Shown here piece by piece: positions 15,303-34,811 of a stretch of DNA of 64,000 nucleotides (position 1 is the stretch's first letter; each line of letters opens with the position of its first letter). Made by a program: the position numbers and the translations under genes. Below the pieces are notes generated by a model, which saw only the letters and a list, made by a program, of their open reading frames with translations, had not been told where the DNA came from and made no database searches. Origin of the DNA: Amoebidium appalachense (lineage: Eukaryota; Protista; Ichthyosporea); NCBI GenBank assembly GCA_963693365.1, contig CAVNZM010000004.1, positions 3,896,047 to 3,960,046 on the forward strand, read 5' to 3'.

Positions 15303-17055
15303 TCATAATCGATGATTGTTATTGGTGGAGATGGAAAGCCAGTTTGATCCGATTGCCCGTATATGGAAAGCTGTGAGAGAATCTGTGAAACGCGGTCCTG
15401 ATACCACCGTCGCGCTGATTATACTGTAGAGGTGATGTTGGATGAATGGGCTTTCTGAAGTGATTTTTCTCACTTTTTTTCTGCTTTCTTTTCCTTTGTT
15501 TTCTTTCTTTAAGCATGATACACAGTTAGAGTCTCAGCCATTATAATAGTGACCCTCAAGGCATAGTGTGATTTTGAAAAAAAAAAAGCAAGCATGATGA
15601 ATCGAATCGCTTTTTGTTGGCGACTTTTTTTTCCTACTTAACCCAATAGCTCGCATGCTTTCTGCTGATGTTTATGTTTTGTGTGTTTGTGAGGACGTGG
15701 GTTGGATATGGGGATAGCGAGTAACACGTACAAGTGGTTTGTGAGACTGGTGGGCCCTGTAGGGCGATGCGGGGGTTAGGACTTAGTACTCCACGTTCTT
15801 TTTTTTTAATTTTTTTTTAAGAGTTAACTTTTATTTTTTATTTTTTGAATGTGTTGGTGATGACGGTGCAAATGCAGGCAGGTGCAGGGAAGAGGAAAAG
15901 CCATGAAAATCGTTAGCCCACTTAGTAAGGGGAGCTTGTGGTTTGGTGGGTACAAATTTTTTCTGGTTTGCAGGCAAACTACGCTTACGTATACAGGGAG
16001 CTCTAGAGGGGGCTTAGAGGAAGGGGGGAGGTTATGCCGTAGGAATAGAGTGGCCTAGGAAGGGTCTTGGATACGCGTGAGATTTTTGGAGATCGCCAAT
16101 GATTTTTTGTGTGCTTTTCGTGTTTGGAAGGGAACCGGGGGAGGGAGGGGGGGAAGGATGTATCTAGAAGTGAGTAGATAGTGGCGGCCAGTTTTACTGG
16201 TAAGGTGTCTTGTGAAGATTAGCAGGCACCCAGTTTTTTTCAGTAAGGTGTTATTTCGTGTTTGGTTTGAAAGCGTCGGTGATATACGATGCTAACTAAT
16301 AATAAGAATATCCAACATATATCCAATATATCCGGTCCTAGCTATGTATCTCCATCATAATCGAGCCCGTTTAGTGGCTGATTTGAAACTTTGGCCATGG
16401 CTGCGCCATGTTTCGCCTTTAAAAGATAAATAAAGAAACCTCGAAGGATTGAGAATTTAAGTGTTCGAATGTTGTGGCCTGTGGCAGATGCAAACTGATA
16501 AATATTTGGATTGACTCAAGTTATTGTTCTGACTTAGCACATATTCCTACTTTTTTTGTTGTTTTAAGAAAACATTTTTAGTCCTTAGAAAGGGGATTAT
16601 GTGTGTATGCATATATAGGCTATACGTGTACATGTACATTCATGGCGCACACGTGCATTCGCAGACCGCCACACGATGCATGCACACACAAGCAGTCAAG
16701 CTATATACAAGAGTATGAATAGGACCATATTTTGGTGTCTTTACCGGCGGTGCAATTATCGAACCCGGGCATGCATGTGCCGGTAGGGCCTCCGATAAAT
16801 AAGAGTGCAATGTCCATAGTGCTAATTAGCACACTTAATTAATGATTCGCATACTAGACAGAAAAAAATGAAACTCTCTCTCCGAAATCGAATTAAGTGC
16901 AACACGTGTAGGCGCATGCACACACCGCACGCACTGCACACACACACAAACACACACACAGAGAGAGAGATGGTAGGAACTTGAAGAAAGAGAAAGAGTC
17001 AGAGAGGGAATGAAGGTTTGAGGAGTTCAAGGGCAGCGGCGGGAAGGGGGTGGGG

Positions 17056-17093
<38 letters not shown>

Positions 17094-17827
17094 TAGCCGC
17101 ACAAGATCATGGCCGAGCATTTCCATTATTGCAAGCCGTTAATACATGACCATCACCATACTTGAAGATTGGTGGTTCATATTCGAAGAAAAAGTACTTC
17201 GGACCGTACAGGAGGGGCAATCTTATACAATACAGCGAGCAACAGTACACATAAGAACGTTAATTGATATATTCGATCGATATCAGAGTGGCAGCGTATG
17301 ATTTTATACTTTGTCATAGGGCAGCACGTGTGTACTACAGGTGCATGGGGGCAGCAAAAGGTATACGTATTAAAAAACTAAGTAAATAATTATTGGATAT
17401 ATAAAGTGACTTCATACAGTGGGATATGATAATCTAGTTCCACAGCAAACATTTTAAGAGGGCATATCCATTGATGCAGGGGTATATCTCCAAGGCAAAA
17501 AAATTACCCCCCCCCCCCCCCCCCCCCCCCTCCTCTCCCCTCTCCCCTAAAAAAAAAAAAAAAAAAAAAAAAAAAAGAAAGAAAGAAATAAAAACCACCA
17601 CCACCATCACAAACAAAGGTGTTTATTTGGGTCAACCCCCCCCCCCCCCCCCCCCCCCCCCCGGCGCCTCCCTCCTCCTCCTTACAAACACATACACACG
17701 GGCTGCGCCGCCGTGTGCAATGTAATCGTTTAACCCTTGAGCATCACAGTAACAGCAATAAACTCAGTTTAAAAAATCAAACATTCTTGCAACATCAATC
17801 ACTAGATAAAATTCTAACCCTTGCCTA

Positions 17828-23631
<5,804 letters not shown>

Positions 23632-23773
23632 GATTGTAGATGAATTCAAAGTGGCGAGTTTTGAAAGCGAGATTGCAATGACAGGATCAACGGTTGCAAA
23701 TGTTGTTGGTCCTACTGAAACTCTCATATAGAGCATATCTTATAAAGTTTTCAAAGAAAGAGCGTCACTGATG

Positions 23774-23808
23774 GTGGTTCACAAGTGGTTCACAAGTGGT
23801 TCACAAGT
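23774..23808. repeat. Three perfect copies of 11-bp GTGGTTCACAA about 145 bp upstream of the NUDIX-IF2B start; possibly regulatory
   Basis: gtggttcacaa gtggttcacaa gtggttcacaa gt; any regulatory role is inference only. Confidence 0.7.
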
Positions 23809-24669
23809 TACCAATTGTAGAAGTTTTGCTTTTGCGTGCGCAGGTAATAGATGCTCGAGGCACCTCGAGCTTCAACATATCAAATCTCATATCAAAGTTG
23901 AAAAGTGGCAGATAAAATATAACGTTTTCATGAGTGGAATGCGGTCACCGAAGAGTCAGCGAATCAGGAGCTCGAATAGATTCAAATAGATCTTCCCTGC
24001 TGGCAGCAAGCACTAATATCAGAGGGCCGTGCAGCAAGCAAGGTTTCCTGGACTCGGATAAACAGTCAAAAGTTTCAGAAGACCTTTGCCTGAAGGAATG
24101 ACGGAGTATTTGTGTGCAAGAGTACACACGCGCGCGCGCGCGTGTGTGTGTGTGTGTTTTGCTGGTGGTGGTGGTGGTGGGGGGGGGGGGGGGGGTCTCA
24201 GCACGAGAGAGGCCCATTCAGGTTGAAAATTATTTTTACTGATAAGGCTCATCTATGTTCACAAAATCTGAACAAACCTGTGCACAAATAAGGCGCATGC
24301 GCGTGCACATACACAGTCATATGCATGATACGGGCTGCAAACGGAATACAATAAGAAGGCCGGCACAACAATACATCAATTTTTTCATTTTTCAGTTCTA
24401 GTATCATAAAGTCTAAGCTTACCACAGCCAGACAGTTAGCAGTTATGCTCACGCCCGGCCCAGCGAAAGAGTATGACGTGATAACGGCAGCGTGTGTGAA
24501 ATTGTGTACAGGTGGTTGCGTATGTCGTTTCAAGGGCACGTATGTAATTTTGGGCTCAGGATACAACACTGATACTGCCAAAAACCCCATTTTTGTACAT
24601 CTTTGCTTTGAAATACCCCAAACACCCATAATTTGCAAAAACCCCACCCATAATATCAAACTTCACACT

Positions 24670-25053
24670 CTAGAACTCTACCACCTTCTTGATAGCCTCG
24701 AAGCATCGCAGTTTATCCGGCATATAAACCTTTTCAAACACGAGGGGGAAAGGTATATCCCAGCCAGCCACCCGTTGTACAGGTGCCTCAAGATGAAGGA
24801 AGCACCTCTCCTGAATGGCTGCGGCAATTTCGGCACCAAAACCCATCGTGTATGAGGCTTCGTGTGCTATCACCAGCCGGCCGGTTTTCTTGACCGACTG
24901 CAGAAAGAAAACATATTACGCGGAGGGTTAGAACTCAACTTACTGATCAATGACTGTGTAAATGATTGTGGGGAAAGGTACTGAACGCTCGTGCGCACAC
25001 ATGTATGGAGTACAGTGTGTTCTATACTAATAAACAGTCGTTGGTGGAGGTGT

Positions 25054-25108
<55 letters not shown>

Positions 25109-25328
25109 CGCGCGCGCACGCGGGCGCCTGTGTATACGTGTGTGTGCGCCTGCATGTAGTTGTAAGGTGTGCCCGTTCGTGCACATCTAGGAATGGGAGA
25201 AGCGGTGGATGCAGGTGGCCAAGTCCGTTTTCCCGTAAGCGAATGCACCGTTTTTTCTTAAAGAACAAAAGGGCCGTGTTGTATGTGAATTATGGGTATC
25301 ACTGTCTGCAGAATCCTTCATCCGGGCG

Positions 25329-25359
<31 letters not shown>

Positions 25360-26175
25360 GGGGGGGGGGAGGGGGGGGGGAGGGGGGGGGGGGGGGGGGG
25401 GATTGAGCCCGAAAAAGTCCAAGCCAGCTTAAACTTATCGCAACTGTGTTACTTGTTGTGGTGCACAATGCTACGAAAGTGTTTCCGTTCACATGTAAAC
25501 ATTTCCCAATAGAGCCATAAATATACAAATTTCAGGGGAGGGGGGGTCTTACGGCCTCAATGGTATCCACATCCCAGGGCAGCACGGTGACCAGATCAAT
25601 CAGCTCACACGAAACCCCCAGCTTCTCCTTTGCAATTTCAACCGCCTCACGAAGCACGTGCACCTGCGTGCCCCATCCGACCACAGTCACATCCGTGCCT
25701 GTTTGTGTGTAAATGTGTCAGTGAAAAAAATGGGTTCCGATGTATGGAAAGAAAAAAAGGATTGTGAGAGGAGAGTGAGAGGGAATGTGTGTCTGCATAC
25801 TCGAAGTTCAAGTGGGGGGAAGGGGGGAGGGGGGGAGGTACGAAACGTGTCATAGCCTACTATAGGAAGCACGTATGCATGTCGGAAAATTCAATGCAGG
25901 TTGCAAGGGGGGGATGGGAGGGTTGGGATGGGAGGGTAAGGGGGGGGAGAGGAGAGGCGGGGAGGCGGGGGGGGGGGGGGGGGGGGGGGGGGTAGCGCAG
26001 CCTGCACGTACCCGATAGCTCCTTACTAATATTCGTCGTTTTGTTACTCTTCGGAGGAGATACCACAGAACACAACACTTAGTACACACGTATCAGACGA
26101 CCACACGAGCCTTGTGTGGTGGTGTTTGTTTTCGTGTGTTTTATGTACGTGTGTGTGTGTGTGTGTGTGCGTGTG

Positions 26176-26222
<47 letters not shown>

Positions 26223-26477
26223 ATGTATGTGTGTGTATGTGTGTGTGCACGTGTGTATGTGTGTGTACGTGTGTAGTGCGCATGCCTATGTGCGTGTGTG
26301 CGTGTGAGGGGGAAGGGGGGGGAGGGGGAGTGGGGGGAATGAGGTTTGTTTGTGTGTTTTTGTAGGTGTTGGTGATGTGATCTGGTAAGTTGTCTGTGTG
26401 TTGGTGGTGCAATGGGGTGTGCATAGGGGTTGTTGTTGGTGTTGTTGTTGGTGTCGGTGGTGGTGGTGGTGATTTGT

Positions 26478-26518
<41 letters not shown>

Positions 26519-27305
26519 GATACAGTGCGTAAAACACACAAATGTAGAAGAGACCCTTGTTACACATGACACATCCGAAGTGACATTTACATGTGAGCAC
26601 ACATTGGTCGGATAGCGGAATCAACGGAATGCTTAAGAAAAAAGGGTATGGGATGGGACGGGCTGGTGGTGGTCAGAATTTGGTACACAGTGCGAAAACA
26701 AACTCACAGCAGATCGCGTAATGCAGATATCACAGACACACAAAGTACGCAACATAGGTAGCGGGCACATTTGCAGAGGAAAGGGGAGGGGGGGGGGGGG
26801 GGGGGGGTGGGTGGGTGGGTAGGTGGGGGGGGGGGGGGGGGGGAGGATTCCGGGGAGAGGAAGTTGCGTGGTAGATTGTGTGGCAAAATACAGAGAACAC
26901 TCTTTAATACGATGGACAAAGCGGGTGGGGGGGGGGGGGAGGGGGAAGCATATTATTACCTGGAATCAGCACGTCGGCCTTTGACAAAGGCAGCATGTAG
27001 TCCTTGACTGGCACCTCCTCAACTGTGGGGTGTGTGGGTGGGTGTGTGGTGGTGGTGGTGGTGGGAGAGGGGGTGGGGGGAGGGGGGATGTGGGTGGGGG
27101 TGGGTTGTGGGTGTGGATGAGTTGGGTCCGTAGTTGTGGAGACGTTGGGACGAGTGTGTATATGTCGGGGGAGATGGGGGGGGGGGGGGGGGGGTACCGA
27201 GGGAGGGGGGGGGGGGGGGGGGGGAATGAGAAAGGGCGAATGGGGGGGAATCGTAGCATGCATAAAGAGGGTGGCAACCATGGAAAGTGACGCCGTAGCA
27301 AGAGG

Positions 27306-27336
<31 letters not shown>

Positions 27337-28719
27337 AAGGGGGGAAGGGGGGAAGGAGGTAATGGGGAGGGGGGGGGGGGGGGGGGAAGAAGGACGCGGT
27401 AAAGGGGTGGGGTGTGTGTTTGTGTGTGTGTGTGGGGAGGGGGGGGGGGGGGGGGGGGGTTACCTGCGGCACGGTAGAGAATTTTGGGTTCCATGAAGAT
27501 GCAGGGGTTCTTGTCGCGAATGCACGACAGAAGAAGCCCCTTGGCCTGGATGGGACTACGGGGGATAACAACCTGTGACGGGAAAATACGGGGCAGATAA
27601 GTGGATTGTGCAGGTTGGGATATCTGAAATTTGGTGAGGGGGTTTTTACGGTAAGGCACAGAGAGCAGTCTCAGATACCCCGGGGGGGGGGGGGGGGGGG
27701 GGGGAGGAGGAGGGAGAAGGGGGGTTGTTTGGTATATCCCCTAAGTCTTATATCAGGGTCATAGAAGTTGGGTATTCACCTTTGCAAGTTGGTAAATATG
27801 TCGGACGGGTGTGCATTATTAGCGTGCACAGTGTGCACGGGTGCATGGTGTGGGTGGATACATGGTTTATGTGTATGGTGATGGTGTGGGGGTCAGTTCC
27901 CCGGGGAAAACGGGGAGGGGGGTGGGAGGGGGGGGGGGAGGGAGAGGGGGGGAGGGGGGGGGGAGGTGATTGGCGGAGGGGGGGGAATGATATTTGGTAC
28001 TCAGTACGAAATCAAGAGGTATGCCACCAAGAACACGGTACATGACAGTGGCATAAAATCCTGAGGGGGGTTAAAAGGGTTATAGAAATGGGGGGGGGGG
28101 GGGGGGGGGTAAAGAATGTGTTGGAAGGCCCGAAGTACACATTCACGACAGGCGACAAACAAAATTTTGCAGAAAAGAGTACACACAAACAGTGTGCATC
28201 ACATTCAATGGTGGTGGCGGCCGGGGGAGGGAGGGGGGAGGGGCAGGCATAACCCCAATATGCATCATAGGTGATTGCCCCCGGGAGGGGGGGGGGGAGG
28301 GGGGGGAAGGGGGGAGGGGGGTGGGGGGTGGGGGGAGGGGGGTGGGGCGGGGGATGGGGGGGGGGGGGGGGGGGGGGGGGGGGGAGGGGGGGTGGGGTGT
28401 TACCTTTAAACCGGGGACGTGAGCAAAGAAAGCCTCTGGGCTCTGTGAGTGGTAGTGGCCACCATGGCCCACAGCCCCACATGGGGTACGGATAGTCAGA
28501 CCACCACAGTCCCATTGGTTGCCTGAACGGTAGCGGTATTTGGCTGCTTCGTTGACAATCTGAGAGGGGTTAATGTGTGAATAGGGAAAGGGGGGGAGGG
28601 GGGTTGGGGGGTGGGGAGGAGGGGAGGAGGAGGGAGGGGGGGGGGGGGGGCCAAGAAAGTCGATGCAGGAGTTATGAGAGATCCGAGGTGACAGGTATCT
28701 TCAATTAAAGTTGGTTAAG

Positions 28720-28761
<42 letters not shown>

Positions 28762-29027
28762 TGCATTCATAAAGACATAGAAGATGTGTTCGGGCAAACG
28801 GGAAACAGCCGGACAGAGCAAGCGGGAACAGTCGGGCAGAAACACACATGAAAAACGAGTGTAGGTGGTACGCAAGAGCAGCAATTCATATATACCATTG
28901 CTGATACGCAGAATGAAAGACGTCGTATCCCATAACCTGAACTATTCTCCCCCACTTCCCTCTCTTCTTAACCATCCCTCCTCCCCCCCCCCCCCCCCCC
29001 AATACACACACAGACACACACACACAC

Positions 29028-29088
<61 letters not shown>

Positions 29089-29576
29089 TCACACACACAC
29101 ACATGCACAAACAAAAAAACACATCCTCAGTTCATAGCCATATCGTACCCAATACTAACATCTGAACGCAAGCGTCCCCCCCCCCCTCCCCCCCCATCCA
29201 CCACCACCACCACCACCACCACCACCACCCACCCATACCACACCTTTTATAACTCCCCCCCCCTCCAAGGCTAAACACTATGTATCACTACATTCGCAAT
29301 TCGAACAGCACAATGAATGCAAAGAACAGCTCCGATGGATTTCGATCGAGGAAGATAATTACCGTTCCTACACACAAAGTGAAGACAGACAGAGAACATG
29401 CATAAAACAAAGTAACAAAAAGGATACGATACCTGGTCGAATGCCGGGAAGATGTAGTCGGCAAACTGCACCTCAGCAATTGCCGTGGCACCGGCAGCGG
29501 CGGCACCAATACCGAACCCTACTATGCCCTGCTCACACAGGGGGGTGTTGAACACACGGTCCTTGCCTGTATATGT

Positions 29577-29609
<33 letters not shown>

Positions 29610-30819
29610 GGAGAGAGGGGGGAGGGGAGGGGGAGGGGGAGGGAAGGAAAAAGAAAAACCGGTGAGGTTTGGTGGTGTGGTTGTGCAAAGTGTGTTTTGT
29701 GAAGATTATTAGTGGTGTGATGAAGTGGAGACACAAAGTGGGTGGGTGCAAGCATGGGAAAGGCAGACAGAGAGGGCAAGCGGTGAGTGTGTGTGTATGT
29801 GTTGGGGGAAGGGGGGGGGGGGGGGGGGATGAGGGGAGAGGAAGGGGGTAGTAGGTAGGGGTGGATTGGGGGAGGGGGGGGGGGGGGGATGAGGGGAAGG
29901 TTACCAAGCAAGTGGCAGTGTTGTGCAACAGAAAGATGTCATCAGGTCAACCGATCACATACTATGATATGATACATACAGTCACCGCTCGATATACCCC
30001 CCCCCCCCCCCCCCCCCCCCTGGTTACACTCCGGAGAGGCGCTATATCGTGGGGGACGCTATGTAGTAACGTGTCCTTGTTCGAATACACAGAGCCCCAT
30101 ATTTTCTTTTTCCATCACCCGGCCTACACCAAAAAAAGCCTACACAGCCCCACACAGCCCCCAACAACCATCACAACCACCACAACCACCACAACCACAG
30201 CTCCTACAGCCCCCACAGCCTATCGAAAACAACCATCCTAGGGGTCTCCCTATGAGGGGGGGCGCTATATCACATCACTTTTTCTTATAGGTTCATATGA
30301 TAGTGTTCCATCCGCTGGGGGCGTTATACGCTATATCGTAGGGGGCGCTATAGAGATTGCCTTCGAAGTATAGATTCAATAGTGGAGTCGATTGGTGACA
30401 TCGCGGGGGGGGCACTATATTAAGGGGGGCGCTGTATACCAGGGGCGCTATAACGCGCGGTGACTGTATAAGATACGTCAGCCAATCACGTACCGTGATT
30501 TATTATACCCAGGATACGTCAACCAATCACATACCATGATATAATACATCCAAGATACGTCAGCCAATCACATATCATAGTATAATACATCTAACACAAG
30601 TCAACCAATCATCTAGCACCTACCGTGTTTCTGCTGCAGGTCCACTGTGCACCTGAACACACCGCCAAAACCCACATCCTCGCCAAAGATGATTGCCGTT
30701 GGGTCGGTGGAGAGGGCAATGTCCATGGCCTGGTTGACGGCCTGGAAGAGGTTGGTGCGCTTGGTCTCCCCTGTGTGCGTGTGTGTGTGTTTTTTTTTTG
30801 GGGGGGGGGGGTTGGGGGG

Positions 30820-30855
<36 letters not shown>

Positions 30856-31643
30856 GGAGGGTATGGGTGTGTGGTTGGGGGATTGGATGGAATTGGGGGG
30901 AAGGGTGGGGAGTGTGTGTGTGTGCGTGTGTGTGTGTGCGTGTGTGTGCGTGTGCGTGCGTGTGTGTGTGTGTGTGTATATGTGCGTGTGTGGTTGGATG
31001 GGGGGTGGGGGGTGGGGGGTGGGGGTTAGATTGGCGGGAGAAGGGGGGGGGGGGGGGAGGGGGGGGGGGGGAGTGGGTGTTTGCGTGTGTGTATGGGTGG
31101 GTGAGTAAGGGAGTGTGTGTGTAGGTGGGTGAATGGGGGAGCGTGTGTGTGGGTGGGTGTGGGTGTGTCCATGTCTGATTGGGTGGGTGGATGTGTGGGT
31201 ATGGGTGTATGTGTAGGTGTGGGTGTAGGTGTGTGTGCGTGTGTGCATTTGCGTGTGTGCAATGAAAAGGTATGGTGGGTGTGGGTGTGGGTGTGTTTTT
31301 AGCGGGTTAAGTGGGTGGGGATGTGCGTGGGTGGGTGTGGTTGGGTGGGGGGAGGGGGGAGGGGCACTCCATGCACAGTAAGGTGTGTAAACCAATGCAC
31401 AGTGAGCGGAGGGGGGGGAGGGGCATTCCATGCACAGTAAGGTGTGTAAAACAATGCACAGTGAGCAACACCGTGCATGACACAAACCGATTTCTGAAGA
31501 AAAAGGCCGAACGCATGCTATGTAAACAGATCCCACAGAAGGGGCAGTGGGGCAATGGCAAGGGCGATAGTGGTCGGTTCATGGTGGTGGCGGTGTTAGC
31601 GGTGGTGGGGAAGGGGATTCGAGCTTTGGGTTATGAGAAGAAA

Positions 31644-31678
<35 letters not shown>

Positions 31679-32499
31679 ATAGATAGGTGGGTTATAGATT
31701 GCGGTCTACGGCACCCTTACAAATCTACGGCAGATAGTTTCATGTACACCCTTGCATGAGATGCATCACTGAGCATAGCCCGTTTTATAGAAAGAAGGAA
31801 GGGGGGGGGGGGGAGGGGAGAGGGAAGGGCGGTGTAGGGGGGAGCGCAAGTGATCCAAAGAAAGGGGGAGGGGGGGGGGGGGGGGGGGGAAGGCGGGAGG
31901 GGTTAATATGGAGAAGGAGAACGAATGCAAATTCCTGACGGACAACATCATGCAGGGGGGGAACTTACCAAGTTCAGGTGGCGGTGCCTCGGCAACGAAT
32001 TTAGGCAGAGCTCTGGCCGGTCGGGAGCTGTGGAACTGCAAGGCCAGCACCAGTAAGCTTTGGTAACAAGAAAATGTCCGCAATCAGATTGGTGGGATCC
32101 AGAAGTTCGGAGAAGGTTGCAGTACGTTAAACACACCTAAGCATGTGGTCTATTCAATCCACTCCGCCAACATGACTTGCCCTACAAATCTATGCCCTTA
32201 ATTTAACCAAATTTGTATGTAAAAATCCGTCGTTTAAAAGAAACGTTGTATGGCTACATCTCTTCCTTTCTTTTTCTCACACTGCGAGAGCAAAGACTCC
32301 AGCTCACGCAACAACAACACCCACCCAAACACACACAAGCACACACACACGAACACACATCTAAACGATAAACAACACGTTCATCACTTGAATGCAGCTG
32401 AAGACGTATACCCACCTTCCTGTATGCGTGAGCGACGGCGCTGAACGGCATAGCCGTCTGACGCCGCAAGAGCGATGTTATTTGCAGAGCTGACGACAT
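24670..32499 (-). CDS. BCKDHB: Branched-chain 2-oxoacid dehydrogenase E1 beta subunit, mitochondrial; 9 coding exons, about 377 aa
   Basis: Exons 32499-32416, 32035-31969, 30770-30624, 29566-29433, 28559-28404, 27572-27464, 27022-26960, 25698-25553, 24897-24670 (1134 nt, in phase). Motifs [94 protein letters not shown]. Arg/Ser-rich N-terminus resembles a mitochondrial presequence. Probable 5'UTR intron about 32768-32510. Confidence 0.96.
28066..28210 (+). repeat. Copy of a dispersed intronic repeat family also found in the OSBP introns
   Basis: Shares aatgtgtt...gaagtacacattcac and caaacagtgtgcatca blocks with copies at about 59450-59580 and 60965-61052. Confidence 0.6.
29946..30611. repeat. 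41-bp minisatellite (consensus about aagatacgtcagccaatcacataccatgatataatacatcc), about 4-5 units, interrupted by the MITE
   Basis: gatacgtca-type starts at 30472, 30513, 30554, 30595 (41-bp period); one more unit left of the MITE at about 29946-29978. Confidence 0.85.
29979..30466. mobile_element. Non-autonomous Tc1/mariner(pogo)-type MITE, about 488 bp, in BCKDHB intron 3
   Basis: TA|CAGTCACCGCtcgatata ... tataacgcGCGGTGACTG|TA: 10-bp perfect TIR (about 25 bp imperfect), TA target-site duplication, several internal GGGGCGCTATA-like repeats, no transposase ORF. Confidence 0.82.
31355..31467. repeat. Two tandem ~59-bp units in BCKDHB intron 2
   Basis: ggca(c/t)tccatgcacagtaaggtgtgtaaa(c/a)caatgcacagtgagc repeated at a 59-bp offset. 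Confidence 0.8.
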
Positions 32500-33100
32500 T
32501 TTGAATTAACCTGTGGAGAGCAAGGGCCTTTAGCTGCTTGCCAGATCTTCAGGAAACAGAATACCGCAACCATATCTGTTTGTAAAAAGGTGGTAAAGCT
32601 GTTGGGCACGTCGGTCTCTGTACTTCAATGACAGCTCAGTCATCTGGCACCAAGTATACGCGTGTGAACAAGAGCATACACTTTTCAGAAAGAGAGCAAG
32701 CCAGACAGTATGCGGAACATGCACACATGTTTTCCAATGCATAAAAGGCTTGGTATGGAGTAACATACCTTTCAGTGATTCAGCGGATGCTCTCGAAAGG
32801 CCTAAACAGCGTAAGCAGGTCTAGCGAATGACCTGATTATCAAGGTGAATGTTATGTTATTGTTGAGTTGTGGTTTGTGTTGTCTAAAAGTTTCCCCGTG
32901 TGAGACTTTGTTATTTTCTGGCAGAGCTGCGCTGTGATTTGACGGATAATTGCACCGTGGTTGGAATTACCAGTGCTCTCAATAAAATCGGCGGTACGTA
33001 CACAAAAGAGCTCATGACGATTGGTGCGTTATGTTATGTGCAGGCGACATTAACTTGAATGTATTTAAATAACAATTATGATTTGCTGCACATCACGATT

Positions 33101-33385
33101 ATGATTTTGAAGGGCAACGAAATAGTCAAACCGATCCGGCTTGAGCCAGCCAGTCCTACAGCGAACCAGTGTGCACACTGCGGACACGGCGTCGGGCGAA
33201 GTAGGACCGATGGAAGCAGGCCCCTCATGTTCAGCCATGGCATGTGCAAGGTAGGGTCATTGCTAACAAATGATGATAAAAGTGCTAAGAAATACATGGC
33301 TTTTACGCTGTTGTAAAGGAGCGATCTACCGAGGAACGAACTTGGAGAGATCTGAGCCCGCAGATCTCGAAGTTCGTGCATGCAC
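33101..33385 (+). CDS. Possible small spliced gene fragment divergent from BCKDHB; hypothetical
   Basis: MILKGNEIVKPIRLEPASPTANQCAHCGHGVGRSRTDGSRPLMFSHGMCK|gtaggg, then an in-phase candidate exon from 33319 (ERSTEERTWRDLSPQISKF). No recognised family; downstream exons not resolved. Confidence 0.25.
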
Positions 33386-34180
33386 ATGTACGCATGCATG
33401 CAATCACCCGCGATCTGTGCTTGTGTGGACGCGTGTGTGTGTGCGTGCGTGTGTGTGTGCTTGGGTGCGTGCATGCGTGTGCGTGTGTGTATGTGCGTTT
33501 GTGTGTGCGCGCGCGTGTGTGTGCGTGTGCGTGACCGTGTGTCGTTGCAAGCCCGTGAACACCTGCACTGGTTACTGCTCGTGTGGCATGCTTACATGAA
33601 GCTCTTGCATGCGTACACCTCACTCTCATTATCAGAGTTTTTGTTCAAGACCCCCCCCCCCCCCCCCCCTCCCCCCTCCCCCCCCCCCCTCCCCCCTCCT
33701 TCCCTCCCTCCCCTCCCCCCACCACCCTTTCCCTTTGGGGGCAATCGGAATTCGTGTCTTCGATGCCCACCCTCCACTAATCCTCCCCAACATCACAACG
33801 TCCGCCCTTCCCCATTCCCTTCCTCCTCCCCTCTCATTCCTGCTCCCCTTCGCCTACCCTCCTCGGCCCCCCATTCAGACAGCCCCACACAACTACACAC
33901 ATTTTTCCTTTGGCAACGGATGCATCCCACCATGCATATTATCCCTCCCTCCCCCGTCCTCCCCTTTCCCCCCCTCTCCCTCCTTCGGAGCCCTCCCCTA
34001 CGGCTCAAAACGAAACGCAGCCCATGTAGACTCTACTTTCATTTCCTGTTCAAGCTCTTTATTTCTATATTAATCTCGTGTAATTACTCTCTTTGTCGCC
34101 ACACTTAGCCCTCACCCCCTCCCCGCCCCCTTCCCGCTCCTTTAGCACCAGCCATGCACCGCCTTTCCTCAAGAAGCATC

Positions 34181-34243
<63 letters not shown>

Positions 34244-34490
34244 ACCACCATCCCCTCCCTCCCCCTCCTCGGGGCCGGATATCCTTTTTAACCTCGGATC
34301 CGGCCAGCACAGCCCACCCAAAACTCGACTTGAGTCATTGCCAACTCGACTTAGAGTCATCGCCATCTCAACCCCCTCTCTCTCCCCCCCCCCTCCCCCC
34401 CCCCTCCCCCCCTCTCCTCCCGTCCTCCATCTTACCTTCCCGTTCAATCTGAGACAATAGCTCAGTCCTCTTCACATCCATAAAAATTAT

Positions 34491-34779
34491 TCATGAGAAG
34501 CCTCGCCAGTCAATCCGGTCGCAATCGCAAATGGCAACCGGTGCCAGCTGATGTGTTACAGATTACAAGCACACACACCTTTTGCAGTAGCCTATGATAG
34601 TGTTGGGCAATCAAAACGAGTCACTCCTGCACACACTATGCATGCAGTACTGTAGTCTAAGTAGTAGCAGATTTGTTTGCTTGTAATTGTAGGTGTTGGG
34701 ATGTATTTTGAAGTAGGATGGGAGGGAGGGGTGCCAAGGGGGTGGGTGGGTGGGTGGGTGGGCGTGTCTGTGTGTGTGT

Positions 34780-34811
<32 letters not shown>

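Noticed and set aside
16214-16224. GAAGATTAGCA resembling part of U6 snRNA
   Set aside because: Only 11 nt match; no ACAGAG box or flanking U6 sequence.
30470-30611. Regularly spaced repeats resembling a CRISPR array
   Set aside because: Whole 41-bp units are similar with no unique spacers; eukaryotic intron; no cas genes.
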